From sequence record LC680885.1: DNA of 64,000 bases; one strand, written 5' to 3'. Source of the stretch: Staphylococcus phage S6. This document shows, piece after piece, positions 58,683 through 64,000 of this stretch; position 1 is the first letter of the stretch; each line of letters opens with the position of its first letter. The position numbers were made by a program, and so were the translations under genes. The notes under the pieces are model-generated. The model did no database searches, was not told the origin of the DNA, and was given only the letters and a program-made list of their open reading frames with translations.

Positions 58683-58688
58683 AAATAT

Positions 58689-58740
58689 CCCCTAACCTTA
58701 AATTAATAAGGTTAGGGGTTTATATTATTTTTTTTTTTAT
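58689..58740. terminator. bidirectional terminator (CCCTAACC hairpin family)
   Basis: cccctaacctta-aattaa-taaggttagggg, followed by tttatattatttttttttttt. Confidence 0.8.
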
Positions 58741-59504
58741 AATAAAACATTTATTAAATCTGTTAAAAATCTCAATTGATTTTTATAAGATAAATCTTCA
58801 ATTCTTACTTCTTCATCAATATCATCTTCAATATACATTTCCAATGTATCCATTTCAATGATATATTTATTTTCAATTATATCTTTATAATAACCAGAAG
58901 TTAAATTATAATTAATCATATTATCTTTAAATAATAAAAGTTTCTTATACAAATCCATTTTATCTTTCTTTTTATCTTCCCAAAGACACTCTATTAAAAA
59001 TTTAAACATGTAATCCATATGATGTTCCTTAACGCCATTTTGATAACCTTTTACATCTATTTTATTTTGATATAAGTTTATATAGTGTTCTTTACCTAAT
59101 ACATTTATATAATTATCATACTCTTCACTTTCAGCAAATCTAACATGTTTTGATATCTTTAAATTATTACATTTCTTACCAATAACAAATATAGCATCTT
59201 TTTTAATACTTAAAATATCACTATCTTTAAGATTATTATTCTCTATAAAGATTTTTCTAGCTATCTTAAAACCATTCATTAAAACTTCATTCATTTTTTT
59301 ATTACTTCTCAACATTTTACCAATAATAACATTTCTTTCATATTTCTGAGTATTTCTTAATTTATTATATTGTTCTTCATTAAGATAACCTGAATCATAT
59401 AATATATTCATACCAGCTGATTTAATATCATATTCAGTAATTACAGTATCTTTAATATATCTTACGTCTGATGTGTAATTAGTTTTCATGTATAAATTAG
59501 ACAC
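58737..59504 (-). CDS. hypothetical protein (255 aa)
   Basis: GTG start 8 nt after GGAGG. Confidence 0.5.
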   Translation of the reverse strand: MSNLYMKTNYTSDVRYIKDTVITEYDIKSAGMNILYDSGYLNEEQYNKLRNTQKYERNVIIGKMLRSNKKMNEVLMNGFKIARKIFIENNNLKDSDILSIKKDAIFVIGKKCNNLKISKHVRFAESEEYDNYINVLGKEHYINLYQNKIDVKGYQNGVKEHHMDYMFKFLIECLWEDKKKDKMDLYKKLLLFKDNMINYNLTSGYYKDIIENKYIIEMDTLEMYIEDDIDEEVRIEDLSYKNQLRFLTDLINVLL

Positions 59505-59575
59505 TGCAATTACCTCCTCTATAATATTTTAATAAACCAATTACTATTTAAAAATACATTAGCTAAGCAATTCAT

Positions 59576-59710
59576 TTATAATCCTCCTATATAATCATCG
59601 CCAGCCTCTTTACTAATTTCATATTCTCTCTCAATATCTTCTTCTGATTTACCTTGTAATCCTTCTGCAACTTCACCATATTCATCAAGTAAAAAATCTA
59701 AAAATCCCAT
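59576..59710 (-). CDS. small acidic protein (44 aa), not in the ORF track
   Basis: ATG preceded by gaggagg; MGFLDFLLDEYGEVAEGLQGKSEEDIEREYEISKEAGDDYIGGL. Confidence 0.35.
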   Translation of the reverse strand: MGFLDFLLDEYGEVAEGLQGKSEEDIEREYEISKEAGDDYIGGL

Positions 59711-59754
59711 TATAAAACCTCCTCAAAATTGTAATCTAATTATCTTCGTAAATT

Positions 59755-60315
59755 TTAATTCTTAACAAAGTTATGTTTCATCAATGTCTTAATAAATTCT
59801 TTATTAGTTAACCAATCTCCAGTATTATTAACTACTTCAAGATCAGTTACTTCATCTAAATCTTTCTTTTCTTTCTCTAAATCTTCTTTATTTCTTCCTT
59901 CACGTTTAACTTGATTCTTTTCATTAACTACTTGAATAGTAATGATGTCAGAATCTTCACCATATTTCTCTTTAATATCTCTTACAGAAGCATCTCTGCC
60001 TTCTCTATTTACAATAATAATATTTACATTATAAATACCATTTTGTGGATATTCTAAACTTTGATCAATTGTACCGTAATAATTTTCATAGAAATTAGTC
60101 TTAGCTATTAAATTACCTTTCATATCATCATATTCTTCTTTATTTAAGAATACATAATCTACGCCATTTTTCTCATCTTCTCTTTGCTTTCTAGTAGTTA
60201 CTTGATCTAATTTTTTAAAGAATAAATGAGGATAATCTTTTTGATCTGATAAATTATTTGCCAATACAGTCTTTCCTGAACCTGATACACCACATAATAA
60301 GATAAACTTTTTCAT
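59755..60315 (-). CDS. guanylate-kinase-fold nucleoside monophosphate kinase
   Basis: P-loop LCGVSGSGKT; QVTTRKQREDEKNGVDYVFL resembles GMP kinase (S)ATTR...E.DG.DY.F; RBS GGAGG. Confidence 0.55.
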   Translation of the reverse strand: MKKFILLCGVSGSGKTVLANNLSDQKDYPHLFFKKLDQVTTRKQREDEKNGVDYVFLNKEEYDDMKGNLIAKTNFYENYYGTIDQSLEYPQNGIYNVNIIIVNREGRDASVRDIKEKYGEDSDIITIQVVNEKNQVKREGRNKEDLEKEKKDLDEVTDLEVVNNTGDWLTNKEFIKTLMKHNFVKN

Positions 60316-60391
60316 AACTAGAAACGACCTCCAAATTTTATTATCTAATATTATTTGGTTTTCTATATTTTTTAGAAAAATTCGTTATAAA

Positions 60392-61123
60392 TTATGATTT
60401 AATTCCATCAGATTCTCTTAATTTATCAATTAATTCTATAAATTCATTGTATTTCTTATCTACAATTTTAAGATAATTATATTGAGAATTAGAAGCAACT
60501 TCATCTTTTTTCTTTTCTTTTAATTCATCACGTTTTTGGTAGTGATTATTTTTACCTTTAATTTCTATTAATAAATTAAAATCAGGAAGATAAAAATCAG
60601 GCATGTAGAAATGTTTCTTATTAGCAAACGTATAAGGAATAGCTATATTAGAAGGAGATAATACATTATTAGATTTAAAATCCATTTGTTTATCTAAGAA
60701 TTCTAAGAAATCTTTTTCATAAGATCCAACATATTGAGTAGGTAAACCTTTACCAGAACTCCAATGATATTTACCTGAAATTCTTCTATTTTCTAACATT
60801 TTATTTTGCATTTCAGGGTCATTTAATAAAGTAGTCTTACCGTATTTTTTATTCATTCTATCTTTAAATTGTTGTCTATATTTATCTTTACATACTTTAT
60901 CATGTACACGTTCATACTTTTCAGTTTGTTCATTAAATTTAGTAGGTTTACCGCATATAATGCACGTACCATGTGTTTTCTTATTTCTGAAATTAAAATA
61001 TACATTAGCTGCAGATAATTCACCTAATTCTTTTTCATGAAATTTCTCCATATGATTATAAAGACCTTTTTTATCTACATATTTCTTTGTACAGAATGGA
61101 CATTTATGATATTTTGTAGCCAT
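60392..61123 (-). CDS. homing-endonuclease-like protein: N-terminal C2H2/Zn fingers + Vsr/DUF559-like nuclease domain
   Basis: YHKCPFCTKKYVDKKGLYNHMEKFH; GTCIICGKPTKF; C-terminal MPDFYLPDFNLLIEIKGKNNHYQ (DUF559-like ...DF..P...L.IE..G..H). Confidence 0.55.
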   Translation of the reverse strand: MATKYHKCPFCTKKYVDKKGLYNHMEKFHEKELGELSAANVYFNFRNKKTHGTCIICGKPTKFNEQTEKYERVHDKVCKDKYRQQFKDRMNKKYGKTTLLNDPEMQNKMLENRRISGKYHWSSGKGLPTQYVGSYEKDFLEFLDKQMDFKSNNVLSPSNIAIPYTFANKKHFYMPDFYLPDFNLLIEIKGKNNHYQKRDELKEKKKDEVASNSQYNYLKIVDKKYNEFIELIDKLRESDGIKS

Positions 61124-61302
61124 TATTAATTTTCACCGTTCTTTCATTATCATTATTTAAGTATAAATGCTTGTTTCTATTGTTTTGTTATAAAAAATTA
61201 AGAACGCATTTATTTATAAATATAATATTATATAGTACATTAATTGAAAGTTGGTGATAGCTAATCGCTAATAAAAAGAAACATTTTAGAAATGAAATAT
61301 TC

Positions 61303-61704
61303 ATGGCTCAAAATATCTATAATCGTCAACATATGTTAGAAGATATGGAAGCTATGGGTCAAACAATCCAGAATTTAATTATAATGAAAAAAGGAACTTA
61401 TCCTAATACTCCAAATTTAGGAGTAGGAATAGAAGATTATTTATTTGAAATACTAGATAACGAAACTATATCTGATATTACTAGTAATATTAATAATCAG
61501 ATAAGTCAATATATAGTATCTTCTTCTGTTAATATAGATGTTAAAGTAATACAATTAAAAAATAGTAATGCAAATTTAAATAGTTTAAAAATTGACGTTA
61601 CATTATCAGATACAATTGATATTTCTAACGTACAAAGTTTTTCTTATGTGTTTGCGGCTAATATGTTAACTAGGAAAATGGTAACTAAACTTGTCTTAAG
61701 CTAA
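61303..61704 (+). CDS. baseplate wedge protein, gp25/GPW family
   Basis: GQTIQNLIIMKKGTYPNTPNLGVGIEDYLFE matches the conserved core of T4 gp25 / P2 gpW-like baseplate proteins. Confidence 0.65.
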   Translation: MAQNIYNRQHMLEDMEAMGQTIQNLIIMKKGTYPNTPNLGVGIEDYLFEILDNETISDITSNINNQISQYIVSSSVNIDVKVIQLKNSNANLNSLKIDVTLSDTIDISNVQSFSYVFAANMLTRKMVTKLVLS

Positions 61705-61746
61705 GACTTTAAAAATAATAAAAGAAAAGAATGGAGAAATAGATAA

Positions 61747-63258
61747 ATGGTAAAAAAAGCAGATAACAATGAACTTAATGATTTTATGTCTGAAGAAGAA
61801 TTAAATGAAGTTAGTCAAGGTTCTTCTAATAATGATGAGAAACAAGAACAGAAACAAAGTACTCAAAAACAACAACATAATAAAAATAATCAAGGTAATA
61901 AAAAGAAAAATAACAATCGCAGAAGAAATAATAATAAACATAATCAACAAGATAAGAAACAAAATCAAAATAGCAAATCAGCAATTCCAACTCAAAGAAA
62001 CAAAGACAATCAAACTATGATGAGTGCTAGTGTTGATAGTGATAATCAACAAGAACAAGCTAAAACAGATCATATTAATTTAGATGGTCCTCAACCAGGC
62101 GAAGGTTTTGTTGACTATGAAAACTTAACTTCATATGGATTTAATGAAGGAAAATCAAATGAAGATACTTCTAGCATGACATTATCTGATTTTGAAGAAC
62201 AACAAGAACAAAAAGCTAAAAAAGATTATGAAAATCAAAAAGCTATTAGTGAAATTGAAAGTATTAGCAGTGATGAAAGAGCTAATCTATTAAATAATAT
62301 TAATGTAGATTTAGATAATATTGAAATTATTTCTGACATTGATTATGATATTGATAAAGAAAACACTAATTTCGTATTAAATAGTAAAGCAACTCATCAA
62401 GTTGTATTACCACAATCAGCATACATTGCTCATATGGAAAGTTTACGTAACCAAGAGATTTTATCTATTGCTGAATCTATTGATGATGATTACAATGCAA
62501 TGTTAAAACGTTATCAATTATACTTCCATAAAATGAATACAAATTCATTAGGAATTAATAACTTCCAAGATTTCGCTAGATTAACTTCTGTATATGATGT
62601 TAGTACTATTGAATACGGATTATACAATATTTCATTCCCTGGTGAAACTAAATTTGATATTAGATGTGGTAGCTGTAAAGCTGAATTAAAAGACGTTAAA
62701 GTTTCTAATGATCAATTAATGTCATTTAAAGATGAAGATGCTTTCGATCATGTTACTAAAAATGTTAAGAATATCACTAGTGTTGATGAAAATAAAGAAC
62801 ACTCATTAATTTATACTGAACAACGTATTGCTTTAAGAGATTCTAAAATTATCTTTGAAATTGTAACACCTACTGTTGAAAAACACTTAAGAGTTTTAGG
62901 TAGTATCCATATGGACGGTTTAACTGAAGATGAATCAGAAAGATTTAAACAAAATGCCACAGCTTTAATGCATGTTAAAAATGTTTATATCCCTGACTTA
63001 AAAACACTTAAAGAAGGACAAAAACCTAAGTTCCGTAAATTAAGTGAAGATAACATGAAAGATAAAATGAAAATTATTGAAAATCTTTCTATTCGTGATG
63101 GACATCAATTAACTGATGCTATTTATGATCGTGTTAATAAACATGCTATTGAATATGCTATTAAAGGTGCAAACTGTCCTAATTGTGGAGAAGATTTAGG
63201 TAAAATTGATATTGACATGAGTGAAATGCTTTTTCGGGAAGCGCTGCATTTGGTTTAG
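61747..63258 (+). CDS. putative baseplate/structural protein with K/N/Q-rich N-terminal low-complexity region; apparently interrupted by a -1 frame change near 63230
   Basis: RBS GGAG 12 nt upstream; follows the gp25-like gene; reading frame continues in the -1 frame from 63225 to 63524. Confidence 0.5.
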   Translation: MVKKADNNELNDFMSEEELNEVSQGSSNNDEKQEQKQSTQKQQHNKNNQGNKKKNNNRRRNNNKHNQQDKKQNQNSKSAIPTQRNKDNQTMMSASVDSDNQQEQAKTDHINLDGPQPGEGFVDYENLTSYGFNEGKSNEDTSSMTLSDFEEQQEQKAKKDYENQKAISEIESISSDERANLLNNINVDLDNIEIISDIDYDIDKENTNFVLNSKATHQVVLPQSAYIAHMESLRNQEILSIAESIDDDYNAMLKRYQLYFHKMNTNSLGINNFQDFARLTSVYDVSTIEYGLYNISFPGETKFDIRCGSCKAELKDVKVSNDQLMSFKDEDAFDHVTKNVKNITSVDENKEHSLIYTEQRIALRDSKIIFEIVTPTVEKHLRVLGSIHMDGLTEDESERFKQNATALMHVKNVYIPDLKTLKEGQKPKFRKLSEDNMKDKMKIIENLSIRDGHQLTDAIYDRVNKHAIEYAIKGANCPNCGEDLGKIDIDMSEMLFREALHLV

Positions 63259-63524
63259 TAACAACGACCAACTCCAAGCAGTATAGAAAAAAGGTCTTTG
63301 ATGATGCAGCGTATATAGCATATTTGCTTGATTTATTTGAAGGACGTTTATCTTTTAATGAAATTCTTAATATGGAATTAAATATATTAAATTCTATGGT
63401 TAAAGCCAAAGAAAAAGAAATGAAAAATAAACGTATGCAACAACAAAAATTAGAATCTGCTCAAAGAAGAGATTTTAATAATGGAATGCCTAAAGTAGAA
63501 CTACCAAGACATTTAAATAATTAA
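63225..63524 (+). CDS. probable continuation of ORF 61747-63258 in the -1 frame (frameshift, indel or pseudogene)
   Basis: Open frame overlaps the end of the upstream ORF by 34 nt; the junction sits at a T5 run (63230-63234) in an unusually GC-rich patch; no RBS for an independent start. Confidence 0.35.
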   Translation, partial: NAFSGSAAFGLVTTTNSKQYRKKVFDDAAYIAYLLDLFEGRLSFNEILNMELNILNSMVKAKEKEMKNKRMQQQKLESAQRRDFNNGMPKVELPRHLNN

Positions 63525-63552
63525 AAAAGAAATGAAAGGAGCTGACTATTGA

Positions 63553-63846
63553 TTGGTTACTAATACTAAAGATAGTCAGAAAATCCTTCATATTTATGAT
63601 TCTCTTGTTGAAGATGATGATAATATTTTATCATCTCTATGTCATTCTAATAAAGGTTTAGTATTTGTAAATCTTTTATATGACCTAGATTATAAAATTA
63701 AAGAAGGATTTTCTAAGAACTATAATGAATTTGATTACATTATTTTGGAAACAGAAGATAAAGAAAAATTAAAAGAAAAAGTTTCATATATAAAAAATTT
63801 AAAATTTGAAGACAACAAGAATAGTATAAGAATTTCAATTGTATAA
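63553..63846 (+). CDS. hypothetical protein (97 aa)
   Basis: TTG start 11 nt after aaaggag. Confidence 0.4.
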   Translation: MVTNTKDSQKILHIYDSLVEDDDNILSSLCHSNKGLVFVNLLYDLDYKIKEGFSKNYNEFDYIILETEDKEKLKEKVSYIKNLKFEDNKNSIRISIV

Positions 63847-63863
63847 AGTGAGGTCTAAAAAGA

Positions 63864-64000
63864 ATGTTAGATAAGAATAAAGAAAAGAAGAAATTAGTTT
63901 CAAATATTGTAGATGAGGATTCATATAAAGATATAGCTGAATTAACTATTGATACTATTTCAAATACGTTAATGAAATCATTAGGTTATTTCGGATCTAC
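63864..64000 (+). CDS. 5' end of a CDS continuing beyond the window
   Basis: ATG after gtgaggt; MLDKNKEKKKLVSNIVDEDSYKDIAELTIDTISNTLMKSLGYFGS... Confidence 0.45.
   Translation, partial: MLDKNKEKKKLVSNIVDEDSYKDIAELTIDTISNTLMKSLGYFGS

Noticed and set aside
31089-58740. CCCTAA (telomere-like) repeats in hairpin stems
   Set aside because: Single copies embedded in palindromes, not tandem arrays; resemblance to eukaryotic telomere repeat is coincidental.
1-64000. CRISPR arrays, integrase/transposase, attachment sites
   Set aside because: No regularly spaced direct repeats with unique spacers were found. No tyrosine or serine recombinase or DDE transposase motifs were seen. The only tRNA genes are flanked by homing-endonuclease-like genes, not by an integrase.

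Overview
This is a very AT-rich (about 28-30% GC), densely coding stretch of a large virulent phage genome. I infer a Firmicutes host, most likely Staphylococcus, and an AR9/PBS1/S6-like or phiKZ-like jumbo phage; BLAST/HHpred would be needed to confirm this.

Host indicators: AGGAGG-type ribosome-binding sites; TTG/GTG starts; and two lysin genes, each ending in a staphylococcal-type SH3b (SH3_5) cell-wall-binding domain.

What points to a phage-encoded multisubunit RNA polymerase: a beta-prime N-terminal piece carrying the DFDGD catalytic motif (222-1733); two separate beta-prime C-terminal pieces, each with a bridge helix and a CxxC...CxxC region G (22463-24376 and 47462-48688); and a full-length beta-like gene of 1417 aa (42748-47001, minus strand).

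Other recognisable genes:
- SbcC/Rad50-like ATPase
- family-B DNA polymerase N-terminal half, ending after motif A
- DEAH-box SF2 helicase
- SSB-like protein with a Q/N-rich linker and a DDDLPF motif
- RNase HI, dCMP deaminase and a guanylate-kinase-like NMP kinase, a set that would fit a dU-containing genome
- gp25-like baseplate wedge protein
- tail fibre/tailspike with collagen-like repeats and a beta-helix
- a structural protein with two Big_2 domains
- three homing-endonuclease-like paralogs (Zn-finger repeats plus a Vsr/DUF559-like PD-(D/E)xK domain) flanking a two-gene tRNA cluster

Most unusual features:
1. A tandem array of at least 14 paralogous genes (2335-13941). Their bodies are highly divergent, but they share a 15-17 aa C-terminal tail, roughly ...EITDEKEIKKYLVKKNFK-COOH.
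2. A perfectly conserved 20-nt intergenic motif, AAATATATATTATAAAAATG (with a variant TTAAATTTATATTATAATTATGAGG). It sits 55-80 nt upstream of many plus-strand genes and is usually followed by a 5'-UTR hairpin. It resembles the TATATTAT/TATATTAC early-promoter class of jumbo-phage virion RNAPs.
3. A family of near-identical CCCTAACC...GGTTAGGG hairpins that act as bidirectional terminators at convergent gene junctions.

No CRISPR arrays, integrases or transposases were seen.
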